From assembly GCA_947626865.1 (NCBI GenBank), contig CANQTZ010000002.1, forward strand, positions 1 to 55,276: a DNA stretch of 55,276 bases. Reading direction: 5' to 3'. A program made the position numbers and the translations under genes. This DNA comes from an uncultured Clostridia bacterium (GTDB taxonomy: Bacteria; Bacillota; Clostridia; TANB77; CAG-508). Positions 29,213 through 37,862 of this stretch are shown one piece after another. The notes under the pieces were generated by a model, which was not told the DNA's origin, made no database searches, and was given only the letters and a program-made list of their open reading frames with translations. The number at the start of each line of letters is the position of its first letter. Position 1 is the stretch's first letter.

Positions 29213-29532
29213 ATAGAAAACTCCTTTCTTAAATTCATTTTACCTATTCTTTGAAACTAGCAAACTGGCTAGTTTCTTTACTTTTTATTTGTACAAGCAA
29301 TTTTTGTGCTTGCCATTTTTTATTTTTTTTATTTTCAAATTTACTAATTCGTGCCGAATTGTTTTTTTTGAAAATTCTCATAAATTCGTGTAACTTTTTC
29401 TCTATAATAGTCACACAATATACTAAAAATAGACATATACTTAATTTTTTATGTCTTTCTTTTTATGCTATTTACTTTTACCAAAATTCAGTTATATGAT
29501 GATATTCGCCTTTGTTCTTTTTAGTGTTTCCG

Positions 29533-29553
29533 ATATATATATATATATATATA
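29533..29553. repeat. (AT)10 dinucleotide microsatellite
   Basis: ATATATATATATATATATATA, read directly from the sequence. Confidence 0.95.
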
Positions 29554-29627
29554 CGGCTGCAAGGCTTTCAGCGTTTCCGTTTCTCTCATATTCCCCCTCC
29601 TCTTTAGTGCTAACATTTTCTGTGTAA

Positions 29628-29656
29628 ATCGTATCAATAAATTCTAAAAATGTCAA
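29628..29656 (-). promoter_or_regulatory. Sigma-A-like promoter facing the DGR target gene
   Basis: Minus strand TTGACA (29656-29651), a 17-nt spacer, then TGATACGAT (extended -10, 29636-29628). Confidence 0.45.
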
Positions 29657-29710
29657 GATTTTTAGACAAAATTTTTCCGATTTTTCCGATTTGTTTTTTT
29701 TATTTTTGTA

Positions 29711-29739
29711 CACAAAAAGCAAGGCTAAATTTCCTTGCT
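29711..29739 (-). terminator. Rho-independent terminator of the spo0A-like operon
   Basis: Stem AGCAAGG/CCTTGCT (29718-29724 pairs with 29733-29739), followed on the minus strand by TTTTTGTG. The hairpin overlaps the stop codon. Confidence 0.65.
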
Positions 29740-30492
29740 TTTTAACTCATTTTTAACTTTTTCTGCTATTGTAGATAACAATATTCTTGTTGATGGTTTC
29801 CTTTTGTGATACATAGTATGCTCAAGTATTTTTGAAACATTTTCTGCTTCTTTTTGCCATGATGTATTTACTGCATTTATTATTGACTTTTCTACTTTTT
29901 CTATTTCTGTATTATCTTCTTGGGCTAATACTGTATATACATATTTTCTAAAATTTTTTTGGATCATTGGTTGTTTTATTAATATTTCTACTGCTCTTTT
30001 CATATAGCTATATCCGATTAAATTTGGATATATTCCAATTTGGTACAATTCTTTTTTTATATTTTCATCTATTACTTGTTGCCTATATTGGTTATCCTGA
30101 TCATATTCATATATTTCTATGATTCTTTGTTCTAATGTATCCACATCAATCGGTTTTGTCATATAATAATTTACACCCTTGTCAAGTATATTAAATTTTA
30201 GATTATCATGTAGTAGAGCTGATACTATTATTATATTTGGTTTATGTTTTATATTTCCATTTTTTATTTCTTCTTCTATTTTTTCTATTACTCCAATTCC
30301 ATCTATCTCTGGCATTATTATATCCGTTATTAAAAAATCCACTTCTTTTTTTAGAATTGAATTTATTGTTTCTTTTCCATTTTGACAGATGTCTGTTACA
30401 TATATTCTTTCGTTTAGTGATAAGTAACTCGCCAAGTTCTTTGCTACATTTTCATTGTCGTCTGCAATACATATTTTGATTTTATCACTCAT
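29725..30492 (-). CDS. Divergent Spo0A-family response regulator (receiver domain plus Spo0A_C-like DNA-binding domain)
   Basis: Receiver domain ICIADDN...DFLITDIIMPEIDG...TKP. The C-terminal IGIYPNLIGYSYMKRAVEILIKQP...EKVEKSIINAVNTSW...RKPSTRILLSTIAEKV aligns with B. subtilis Spo0A GVPAHIKGYLYLREAI...SRVERAIRHAIEVAW...AKPTNSEFIAMVADKL. Confidence 0.75.
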   Translation of the reverse strand: MSDKIKICIADDNENVAKNLASYLSLNERIYVTDICQNGKETINSILKKEVDFLITDIIMPEIDGIGVIEKIEEEIKNGNIKHKPNIIIVSALLHDNLKFNILDKGVNYYMTKPIDVDTLEQRIIEIYEYDQDNQYRQQVIDENIKKELYQIGIYPNLIGYSYMKRAVEILIKQPMIQKNFRKYVYTVLAQEDNTEIEKVEKSIINAVNTSWQKEAENVSKILEHTMYHKRKPSTRILLSTIAEKVKNELKSKEI

Positions 30493-30553
30493 ATTTCCTC
30501 CTTTTCAGACTAATAATAACATTATTTTACATTTTTTGCAAATTTTTCAATTT

Positions 30554-30748
30554 TTAATTTCTGGAAAGGGATTTTTTCATCATTTCTATATTTTCTTCCA
30601 ATAGTTTCTTTCTAATTATTATATCTTTCTTCACATCTTCTATATTTTTATAACTTTCTATTGCTTCTAAAACATCTATGAATTGTGCAAAGTCTGATAT
30701 CTGTATTTCTTTCACTATTCGTTCAATAGTTATATTTTCTACTTCCAT
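30554..30748 (-). CDS. Small hypothetical protein co-transcribed with the spo0A-like gene
   Basis: 64 aa. Start placed at ATG 30748, 7 nt after GGAGG. No recognisable family. Confidence 0.5.
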   Translation of the reverse strand: MEVENITIERIVKEIQISDFAQFIDVLEAIESYKNIEDVKKDIIIRKKLLEENIEMMKKSLSRN

Positions 30749-30767
30749 AAATATTCCTCCAAAAATT

Positions 30768-30783
30768 TCCGACACATCCGACA
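30768..30783 (-). promoter_or_regulatory. Tandem 0A-box-like heptamers TGTCGGA-TG-TGTCGGA
   Basis: Minus strand GTGTCGGATGTGTCGGAAA lies between the predicted -10 and the RBS of the spo0A-like operon. The canonical 0A box is TGTCGAA. Confidence 0.4.
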
Positions 30784-30789
30784 CTTTTG

Positions 30790-30818
30790 ATTTTATATTA
30801 TTTATTTATTAAAGTCAA
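30790..30818 (-). promoter_or_regulatory. Sigma-A-like promoter of the small-ORF/spo0A-like operon
   Basis: Minus strand TTGACT (30818-30813), a 17-nt spacer, then TAAAAT (30795-30790). Confidence 0.55.
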
Positions 30819-30910
30819 TTGTTTTTTGCCGAGTTTTCCGTATTCTGATTTCTCGGAATTTGTTATACTTTTTTTGTGTTTGTATAAACTAATGTAAAGG
30901 AGGTTTCGGC

Positions 30911-31168
30911 ATGCAACTTCGTGATGCAATAATTTTGCGTATCAAAAATCTTATTATAGAAAACAATTTAACTGAATATTCATTATCCATGCAAGCTGGA
31001 ATTCCTCCATCAACATTGAACGATTTCTTTCGTGGAAAAGTTATTTTGCCTAGAATTGATAATATTTTACACATTTGTGAAGGCTTAAGTATAGAATTAA
31101 AAGATTTCTTTGATGACCCTATCTTTAAGGATGTAGAATTTGAACGAAATAATTATGATAAAAAATAG
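30911..31168 (+). CDS. XRE-family helix-turn-helix regulator
   Basis: 85 aa with an HTH_3-like core (LTEYSLSMQAGIPPSTLNDFFRGK). RBS AAAGGAGG. Paralogous to 32241-32483. Confidence 0.75.
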   Translation: MQLRDAIILRIKNLIIENNLTEYSLSMQAGIPPSTLNDFFRGKVILPRIDNILHICEGLSIELKDFFDDPIFKDVEFERNNYDKK

Positions 31169-31270
31169 CTATTATGCTATTTTTTTTTATTTTTAAAAGC
31201 ATATTAACTTCTAGGAAATGCTGGACTTTAACTCTGAAAAGAGTTAACATACAAGTAGGAGGTGTTTGCT

Positions 31271-31732
31271 ATGAAAACTATAATTCCAAATAATTTACAT
31301 TCTGTAAAAAACTTACTACTTGAATATGGATTCAAAAATATAACTAAAGTTTATCACGATCACGATTTTATCTTTAAGGCTACCACTCCTGATAGTCATA
31401 TTACGATAAAGACCGAGCCTTATGATGAGGAACAAAAACGCATAAGAATAAATTCTATTGTTATAAATTTAGAAAAAAATGCACTTACTCCAAGCGAACA
31501 AAACCTATGCTTATATATTGCTAGTTATGGTAATAATTTAACTAGAATGAATGAATATTTACATTCAAGTAAATGTGCTAAACTTTATCCTCCAGATGAT
31601 GTCACATCATTTAAGGAAATGTTTGCTTCAAACAACTTAAAAAATTTATTTCCAAGATATTGGGATTTGGATACTGCTGCTAGAGAATCTCTTATGGATA
31701 TTATACGCAAAGTATTTTCAGTAACATTATAG
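31271..31732 (+). CDS. Hypothetical protein
   Basis: ATG 6 nt after GGAGGTG. 153 aa with no family recognised. Confidence 0.5.
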   Translation: MKTIIPNNLHSVKNLLLEYGFKNITKVYHDHDFIFKATTPDSHITIKTEPYDEEQKRIRINSIVINLEKNALTPSEQNLCLYIASYGNNLTRMNEYLHSSKCAKLYPPDDVTSFKEMFASNNLKNLFPRYWDLDTAARESLMDIIRKVFSVTL

Positions 31733-31744
31733 GAGGTGTTGTAT

Positions 31745-31945
31745 ATGATTTATAAATATGGTATGAAACATCGTGGTGTTAGTATAGGTACACAACCAAG
31801 TGATTTCATTTCATTTGATGATGTTAATAAAAAAGAAACTGGTTATTGGTCTTTTGTTTATTATAATCGAAAATTATCTAATGATGAAATTTCAAAGTAT
31901 GAATTAACTTTTATAGCAGAAGTCAATAAGATTGGAGATGATTAG
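31745..31945 (+). CDS. Hypothetical small protein
   Basis: ATG 6 nt after GGAGGTG. 66 aa. Confidence 0.45.
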   Translation: MIYKYGMKHRGVSIGTQPSDFISFDDVNKKETGYWSFVYYNRKLSNDEISKYELTFIAEVNKIGDD

Positions 31946-32117
31946 TTTGAAATATTCTGGTGAAAAAAAATGTCCTAATTGTGGATATCCCATTTATGGC
32001 TATCCTGCAATATCTAGAAAAGACAATAAAACTGAAATTTGTAGCAATTGTGGGACAGCAGAGGCAATGAGTGCTTATCATAATTATTTATATTCAAAGT
32101 ATAAAGGCAAAGTTTAA
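31932..32117 (+). CDS. Small zinc-ribbon protein (start uncertain)
   Basis: CPNCG...x20...CSNCG, a pair of CxxC motifs. Possible starts are TTG 31932, ATG 31938 or TTG 31947. Confidence 0.45.
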   Translation: MEMISLKYSGEKKCPNCGYPIYGYPAISRKDNKTEICSNCGTAEAMSAYHNYLYSKYKGKV

Positions 32118-32138
32118 TTTAAGCTTTGTCTTTTTTTT
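32104..32138 (+). terminator. Rho-independent terminator
   Basis: 9-bp stem AAGGCAAAG/CTTTGTCTT (one G-U pair) followed by T8. It overlaps the stop of the zinc-ribbon ORF. Confidence 0.65.
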
Positions 32139-32240
32139 CGGTTTCATCCGTTTCTTCGGTCGCATTCGAAACATCTAGCAATAACTTTTGTTATACTTTC
32201 TTTAATTATGGGTATTTTTTTATAAAGGAGGTATTAGCAA

Positions 32241-32483
32241 ATGCAACTATCTGATGCAATGCGATGTAGAATTAAAAATTTAATGAAAGAAAATGATATA
32301 AAAAGTATTAATGCTGTTACTAATCTTGCTGGTATTTCTAATACCTTACACGATTTTATGCAAGGGAAAGTGGATCTTTTAAAGGTTGATACTATTCTTC
32401 ATATTTGTGAAGCATTTAATATACAATTATACCAATTTTTTTATGACCCTATATTCGATGATGTCCAATATGAGAAAAAATAA
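32241..32483 (+). CDS. XRE-family helix-turn-helix regulator (paralogue of 30911-31168)
   Basis: 80 aa. It shares the MQL.DA...RIKNL..EN........AGI..TL.DF..GKV.L...D.ILHICE...I.L..FF.DPIF.DV..E pattern with the first copy. Both genes are preceded by TTGTTATACTTT and TAAAGGAGGT. Confidence 0.75.
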   Translation: MQLSDAMRCRIKNLMKENDIKSINAVTNLAGISNTLHDFMQGKVDLLKVDTILHICEAFNIQLYQFFYDPIFDDVQYEKK

Positions 32484-32536
32484 TTTATCATAAGCAAGAA
32501 GAATTTTATTATCTTTTTGCTTTTTTTGTTGTATAA

Positions 32537-32563
32537 AAATAAGAGGGATTTCCCCTCTTATTT
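32537..32563. terminator. Bidirectional hairpin terminator between convergent genes
   Basis: AAATAAGAGGG / 5-nt loop / CCCTCTTATTT, an 11-bp perfect stem with A/T runs on both sides. Confidence 0.7.
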
Positions 32564-33448
32564 TAAATATGCATTTGCCATATAACCTGACCTGCCATTT
32601 ACTATTACTGCATCCCAATTATATCCATCTGCATTTGCTACATTTTCTGCAGTAATTGTAACTTTTGTTCCTTTTGGATATGCTGCAAGGTATGTAGATC
32701 CTTTTCTTGCTTCGCTTCTCAATACTAATCCACTATTTGCAGTTATAGTTTTAGTTTTCGTTCCATTTCCAGTTGGTATTTGGAACACTTGACCTGGTTT
32801 AATTAAGTTTTTATCGTTTCCAATAATAGCTTTGTTTAATTCATAAATCGCATCTACTGTTGTTCCAAATCTTTTTGCTATTTTAGTTAAATTATCCCCT
32901 GATACTACTGTATAGGTAGTACCTGTAGGTGCAGGACTTGGACTACTAGTATTGGTGACATTGTTTGTCATACACGAATCATATTGTGTCAAATTATATT
33001 GATTCACTATACTCATAACATTTTTTATATATGTAGGGCTAGTTGCATATCCTCCATTTTTTATTGCTGTTATACATTTTTCGGCATTTTTTTCATTTAC
33101 AGCACCTGCATATCTACTTAATCCTGTAATTAAATCATAGTAGTCAGATACTGATTCTGCAACCGAATTATATGCTCTAAAACATGCAGTTATATTTATA
33201 TATGTGCTTCCATCATAACACTCTGATGTTTTAGAATTAAATACCTTTCCCTTCCAATCACTAGTAGCTTTTATTCCAAAATATGCATTTGCTTTTGTCA
33301 TTAATGTGGATGTTCCCCATCCTGTTTCTAATGCCGCCTGTGCTATACAAATACTTGGCAACACTTTCTTTGTTCTTCTATTACATTCTGCAATTGCTAA
33401 TTGTGACAACTGCTTTATAAAATTATTTACTTGAGTTTTTGTAGCCAT
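32558..33448 (-). CDS. Endolysin: GH73 glucosaminidase plus LysM plus SH3-like domain
   Basis: AQAALETGWG...YATSPTYI (glucosaminidase), YTVVSGDNLTKIAKRFGTTVDAIYELN (LysM), and a C-terminal SH3_3-like segment. Confidence 0.85.
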   Translation of the reverse strand: MATKTQVNNFIKQLSQLAIAECNRRTKKVLPSICIAQAALETGWGTSTLMTKANAYFGIKATSDWKGKVFNSKTSECYDGSTYINITACFRAYNSVAESVSDYYDLITGLSRYAGAVNEKNAEKCITAIKNGGYATSPTYIKNVMSIVNQYNLTQYDSCMTNNVTNTSSPSPAPTGTTYTVVSGDNLTKIAKRFGTTVDAIYELNKAIIGNDKNLIKPGQVFQIPTGNGTKTKTITANSGLVLRSEARKGSTYLAAYPKGTKVTITAENVANADGYNWDAVIVNGRSGYMANAYLK

Positions 33449-33507
33449 TTTCTTACCTCCAAATATTTATTTTTTTGGAGCAGGTGTTCTTTTTCTGTTT
33501 TTGTTAT

Positions 33508-33822
33508 TTACTTTTTGAATTTATTGTATAATTTACTTAATGTGTCAAATCCATACATTGATACATAAGATACTATAAATGATGACACAAAAGCAGCGAA
33601 AATATAGTACCAAGTTATTGGCATTCCTGAATACGAAGCATACGCTAAATATCCTATAACACACACTAGCATTGATACTATAAGTACCACTAATTGCGTT
33701 GGTACTTGATTTAGTGGCTTTGTATCTTTTATCACTTCAATTATTACTGTAACAATAAAAGCTAATAAGCCGATTAATGCTAATATCTTTGATGAATTTA
33801 ATATCAAATATTCAATATCCAT
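33508..33822 (-). CDS. Holin
   Basis: 104 aa with three TM segments and a basic C-terminus, immediately upstream of the endolysin. ATG 33822 follows GGGAGGTG. Confidence 0.7.
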   Translation of the reverse strand: MDIEYLILNSSKILALIGLLAFIVTVIIEVIKDTKPLNQVPTQLVVLIVSMLVCVIGYLAYASYSGMPITWYYIFAAFVSSFIVSYVSMYGFDTLSKLYNKFKK

Positions 33823-33840
33823 ATTTCGCACCTCCCTTCT

Positions 33841-34158
33841 TTAATGACTTGCTTTTAGCAAATATTCATCTATATTTGAAATTGCTTCTGTTACTGGTCC
33901 ATTGCATCCCTGTTCTTTTAAGCCTTTCAAACAAGCTTGTACACTTTTTATAAGTAATAAGTTTTCGTTTTTATTTATTGTAGATTCTTTTTTTAATGAT
34001 TCTATTTCTACTCGTTGATTTTCTATTATCTTATCAATATTATCAAATCTGTTTTCTATATTCTTTTTGTATGCTTTATACAATGCGATTAGTGGAGTCA
34101 TAATTGCTACTATTATTCCTAATCCTGTTGCAATTTGTTGCAATGTAATTGCTTCCAT
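33841..34158 (-). CDS. Holin-like protein (BhlA/UviB-type architecture: N-terminal TM plus coiled coil)
   Basis: An N-terminal TM segment IATGLGIIVAIMTPLIALY followed by a coiled coil. The call rests on architecture and position only. Confidence 0.4.
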   Translation of the reverse strand: MEAITLQQIATGLGIIVAIMTPLIALYKAYKKNIENRFDNIDKIIENQRVEIESLKKESTINKNENLLLIKSVQACLKGLKEQGCNGPVTEAISNIDEYLLKASH

Positions 34159-34176
34159 ATTTTTTTCCTCCTATTC

Positions 34177-34677
34177 TTATGTATTCTGTAAATTTTGCAA
34201 TTGTTCATCTATATACTGCTTTAGCGATGTTTCGATGGTTGTTATAATATTTTGTACTTCTTCAGGTGTAAAGTAATCTGTACCTTTTTGTGGTGTATAT
34301 CCATCTTCTCCTTTTTGTCCTGGCTCTCCTGGATTTCCTTGCTCTCCTTTTTCTCCAACATCTCCTTTGTCGCCTTTTATATTCATCGTTTCTGGATTTT
34401 CTAGTCCTGCATCATTAGTCCAAGATAAATTTCCTTCTTCATCTACACTTGGAACAAAAATAGTACCTGTTTCTCCTTTTGGTCCTGTTATTTCTGCTAC
34501 TGATACTATTTGCACCCATTCCTGTTCAGGATATCTATAGCATAAGTATTCATCTATAATTGCAAATTCCACATCAGCTCCATCTTGTCCTTTATCGCCT
34601 TTTTCTCCTTTATCGCCTTTCAATACTGGAAATGGTATATAATTTCCTTTTCCATCTGGTATGTATATTTTCGCCAT
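34177..34677 (-). CDS. Collagen-like repeat tail fibre component
   Basis: G-x-y runs: GDKGEKGDKGQDG and GDKGDVGEKGEQGNPGEPGQKGEDG. Confidence 0.6.
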   Translation of the reverse strand: MAKIYIPDGKGNYIPFPVLKGDKGEKGDKGQDGADVEFAIIDEYLCYRYPEQEWVQIVSVAEITGPKGETGTIFVPSVDEEGNLSWTNDAGLENPETMNIKGDKGDVGEKGEQGNPGEPGQKGEDGYTPQKGTDYFTPEEVQNIITTIETSLKQYIDEQLQNLQNT

Positions 34678-34689
34678 TTTATTTTCCTC

Positions 34690-35478
34690 CTATCTCAATT
34701 GTTCTGCTTTGCATATAATTCTATCTCCAAGATTAAATATGTCTAAAATAACCTGACTATCACTTTGTAAGTAAAATTCTCCTATGTAATATCCATCCGT
34801 AAAATTAATATTTTCTGCTTGTATAAAATTATATCTGTCTGGTATAGATGGTGGTGTTTTAAAAATTACCCTACAATTGAAATCATCTGGAATGTCATCT
34901 GGCAATATTAATGTTAATCCTATTCCTGTATCTGGATCTGCTTCTAATATTCCCCTTCGATATTCATAATTATTTTCTAGGTTTATCACATTTCCGCTTC
35001 CTGTATTAATCATTTTTTTATTTAGTACAACATATGTTTCGCTATCATATGTTTCTTTTGTATTAATCCAAACTACATTTCTATCTTCTGGCTCATCTTC
35101 TCCTACATATATTCCTGCTAATCCTTTTTCTCCTGTTGCACCTTTTGGTCCACTTAAATCTACAACAAATTCCCAGCCATTTTCAGTCATTATATATAAT
35201 TGTCCATTCTCTGGATTCTCTATATCATTTGAGATTAATGCATATGTATCTCCTGCTACATCTTGATATTTTTCCATTAATTCTTGTAGGCTTGATGCTA
35301 TTATGCTTATTGTAAATGGATCTCCTTTTTCTCCTTTTTTTCCTTCTGGTCCACGAGGTCCAACTAATCTTTCTAATTGTTCCTCTGTAAAATCTCCATA
35401 AACGAAAGCATCTCCTTTAATTGTAGGAAACGGAACAAATGGTCCGCCTTTATATAATCTAATTTTTATATTTGCCAT
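34690..35478 (-). CDS. Tail fibre/receptor-binding component with short collagen-like segments
   Basis: GPRGPEGKKGEKGDP and GPKGATGEKGLAGIYVGEDEPEDRNVVWINT. The latter motif is shared with 37098-37862. Confidence 0.55.
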   Translation of the reverse strand: MANIKIRLYKGGPFVPFPTIKGDAFVYGDFTEEQLERLVGPRGPEGKKGEKGDPFTISIIASSLQELMEKYQDVAGDTYALISNDIENPENGQLYIMTENGWEFVVDLSGPKGATGEKGLAGIYVGEDEPEDRNVVWINTKETYDSETYVVLNKKMINTGSGNVINLENNYEYRRGILEADPDTGIGLTLILPDDIPDDFNCRVIFKTPPSIPDRYNFIQAENINFTDGYYIGEFYLQSDSQVILDIFNLGDRIICKAEQLR

Positions 35479-35490
35479 TTTCTATTCCTC

Positions 35491-37101
35491 CTATCCCTTG
35501 TAAGTACCTTTTACACCCATTATAGTTACGCCTTTTTTTATGTTTTCTGCTATTAGATTTGCATCTCCATTTACTTGGATTTCTGAATAATATCCTGATG
35601 AAAATGTCTGTGTTTCAGCTTTAGGTATAACTGTTAACTTTCCTCTTTTGCTCATTGTTCCTCTTACCCTAGATCCAGTATTTCCTACAAAAGTTTTTCC
35701 ATTAACAACATCAGATGGTGTGGCTGTATAAAGGCTTGTTGGAGTTTTTGGAAGATATTCAACCCCCATAATTCTCACGCCTTTTAGTATTGGATCTTTG
35801 TGTTGTAATATTCCCCTTATATATGTTGATGATGAAAACTGAATATAGAATCTTTGATTTGCAGATATTCCTATATTATTTGCCGATGCATTCCAAGATA
35901 ATCTTAATAATCTTTGCCAGTTAGATGAATTATAATCTACTGCATAACACTCTAAATATCCACTTGAATTTACAACATAGTAGAAAAGTCCATCATTTGA
36001 AAACCATCCACCATAACTAATTGAACTTGGTAAGCCTGATATACTTCTTATAGATGAAAAACTAACAGAACTACTTGAGACTGTTACTTTGTATAAAGTA
36101 CTTCCTTTTATTGCATATGTTCCTTGTTTGTTAATTACATAGTTATATACTTCTTCCGATCCGTTATATGATTTTTTCAATGTATAATCTGCATTTAGCA
36201 TCATTATTGTAGAAGCTCCATTTCCCCACGCATAAGAATCTGGACATCCTAAAACTAGCAATTTATCATCTGCTGCGAAATAGCATCCCCACAAGCCTTG
36301 TGAAAATCCTGGACAAGATGTATGCATTTGAGTTATTGTACCTAGTGTTGGATTTATTCTTACTATGTGAACATTTTCTCCAAATCCTGCATCATCACAA
36401 GCTAATGCTGCTACGCATGGATCTTTATCTGCAGGTGCAATTACATCTCCATATCTGTATCCAGATGCTCCTGAATAATATCTATATATATATGTTCCTG
36501 ATACTATATTTTCATCTGTATATCCTAATTCTTCCGTTAATCTATTCCAAGTAAATCCTATGATATATTTGTTACTATAATCAGAATGACTAACCCATAA
36601 CATACAAACATTTGGATTTCCACCTACTCCATAATGACCAAATGTTGGTGTTCTTAACCATGGTCCATTTGTTGCAATACCCAATTCACTATAATTCTTT
36701 TCTATTATTTTTGTTAGATTATCGATATTATCTCCATCTTCATTCCAATTTGCTCTGTATATTTGTAATCCTTTAACGCTATTATAATTTGAACAAATTG
36801 CAATGTATTTTCCATCTGTAGTTATTGCTGGCATATATCCACTTGATGTTGAATAAGCTTTATTTACTGAAAGAGAACTCTTACTTGACACACTTTCTGT
36901 CGTAGATTCGTATAAGTATTCTGGCTCTATTGCAGGATATACATATTTAGGTCCTTTTATTTGACTTATTTTATTTGGATATGTTTCAAATAATTCTTCA
37001 TCATATACTGCTACTTCTTGGTCTATAATTGCTTTTTGTATTCCTTTTTTTGTTTCTCTTACCTTTTCTATTTTAGGAACTATTCGTTCAGTATAACTCA
37101 T
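35491..37101 (-). CDS. Phage tail/host-recognition protein (function by position)
   Basis: 536 aa, located between the BppU-like protein and the fibre genes. No motif recognised. Confidence 0.4.
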   Translation of the reverse strand: MSYTERIVPKIEKVRETKKGIQKAIIDQEVAVYDEELFETYPNKISQIKGPKYVYPAIEPEYLYESTTESVSSKSSLSVNKAYSTSSGYMPAITTDGKYIAICSNYNSVKGLQIYRANWNEDGDNIDNLTKIIEKNYSELGIATNGPWLRTPTFGHYGVGGNPNVCMLWVSHSDYSNKYIIGFTWNRLTEELGYTDENIVSGTYIYRYYSGASGYRYGDVIAPADKDPCVAALACDDAGFGENVHIVRINPTLGTITQMHTSCPGFSQGLWGCYFAADDKLLVLGCPDSYAWGNGASTIMMLNADYTLKKSYNGSEEVYNYVINKQGTYAIKGSTLYKVTVSSSSVSFSSIRSISGLPSSISYGGWFSNDGLFYYVVNSSGYLECYAVDYNSSNWQRLLRLSWNASANNIGISANQRFYIQFSSSTYIRGILQHKDPILKGVRIMGVEYLPKTPTSLYTATPSDVVNGKTFVGNTGSRVRGTMSKRGKLTVIPKAETQTFSSGYYSEIQVNGDANLIAENIKKGVTIMGVKGTYKG

Positions 37102-37862
37102 TGTACATCCTCCCCATTAATATCTTTCAAAATTTCTTCTAGCTTATCAATTAGTTCTTTTATATCTACCGCTAGTGCATCTTCCGTTGTATCAATCCAA
37201 ACTAAAATTTCTGGATCTTCTGGCTCTGTTTCTCCTACATATATTCCTGAAATACCACGCACGCCCTGTGGGCCTATCAATTCATCTAAACATACGACAT
37301 TTTTCCATTCATCTTCATCTGTTAATTTCCATTGAATATGATTTTCTGCTTTTCTTATTTCGACCTCTGCTCCATCATATTCTCCAGCATCTAATCTTCT
37401 TAGATGATCTTCTATCAATTCTTGTAATTCTTTTTTTAATGAATTATTGTCTGACAATAATTGTTCTAGTGCATTCATTTCTTCTTCTGGTGGCATTTCG
37501 CCTTGAATTGCTTCTATAATTGGAATATTTTCTAACATTTCTACTGCAGTTATAACCCTGTTGTCTGTTCCGACCAAAGATGCTGTCATTTTAATTTCTC
37601 CTGGTATATATGTTAAATTATTTGTTATCAATACTTGGGCTCTATTATTATTTATAACCAATGGATATTCGAATACTTCTCCTTCATAATGTTTTATTTT
37701 TAACATTAATAAATTACCTGCAGGTATGTCATTGCTTATATTGAAAACGAAAAGATTCGTTTTGTTGTCATATTGAACTAATTGTACTTTTTCTCTCGGC
37801 TTAAAAGTTCCTTTTTCAAAATCTATGTCAAATATATTAGTTTTCATTAATATTTCAGCCAT
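37098..37862 (-). CDS. Baseplate upper protein (BppU-like N-terminus) with a collagen-like segment
   Basis: N-terminal NIFDIDFEKGTFKPREKVQLVQYDNKTN, then GPQGVRGISGIYVGETEPEDPEILVWIDT. ATG 37862 lies 9 nt after AGGAGG. Confidence 0.55.
   Translation of the reverse strand: MAEILMKTNIFDIDFEKGTFKPREKVQLVQYDNKTNLFVFNISNDIPAGNLLMLKIKHYEGEVFEYPLVINNNRAQVLITNNLTYIPGEIKMTASLVGTDNRVITAVEMLENIPIIEAIQGEMPPEEEMNALEQLLSDNNSLKKELQELIEDHLRRLDAGEYDGAEVEIRKAENHIQWKLTDEDEWKNVVCLDELIGPQGVRGISGIYVGETEPEDPEILVWIDTTEDALAVDIKELIDKLEEILKDINGEDVQ

Noticed and set aside
29252-29330. Two plus-strand terminator-like hairpins (GAAACTAGC/GCTAGTTTC and CAAGCA/TGCTTG plus T-runs) upstream of the DGR target gene
   Set aside because: There is no plus-strand gene for them to terminate. 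They may be leader RNA structure or relics, and the evidence is insufficient to call them features.
29492-29722. 76-aa minus-strand ORF between the spo0A-like gene and the DGR target
   Set aside because: It runs across the terminator, the promoter and the (AT)10 tract and has no RBS. The shorter RBS-preceded small ORF at 29589 is discussed in the findings instead.
32427-32618. 63-aa minus-strand ORF spanning the XRE/endolysin junction
   Set aside because: It overlaps the bidirectional terminator and the ends of two real genes, so it is spurious.
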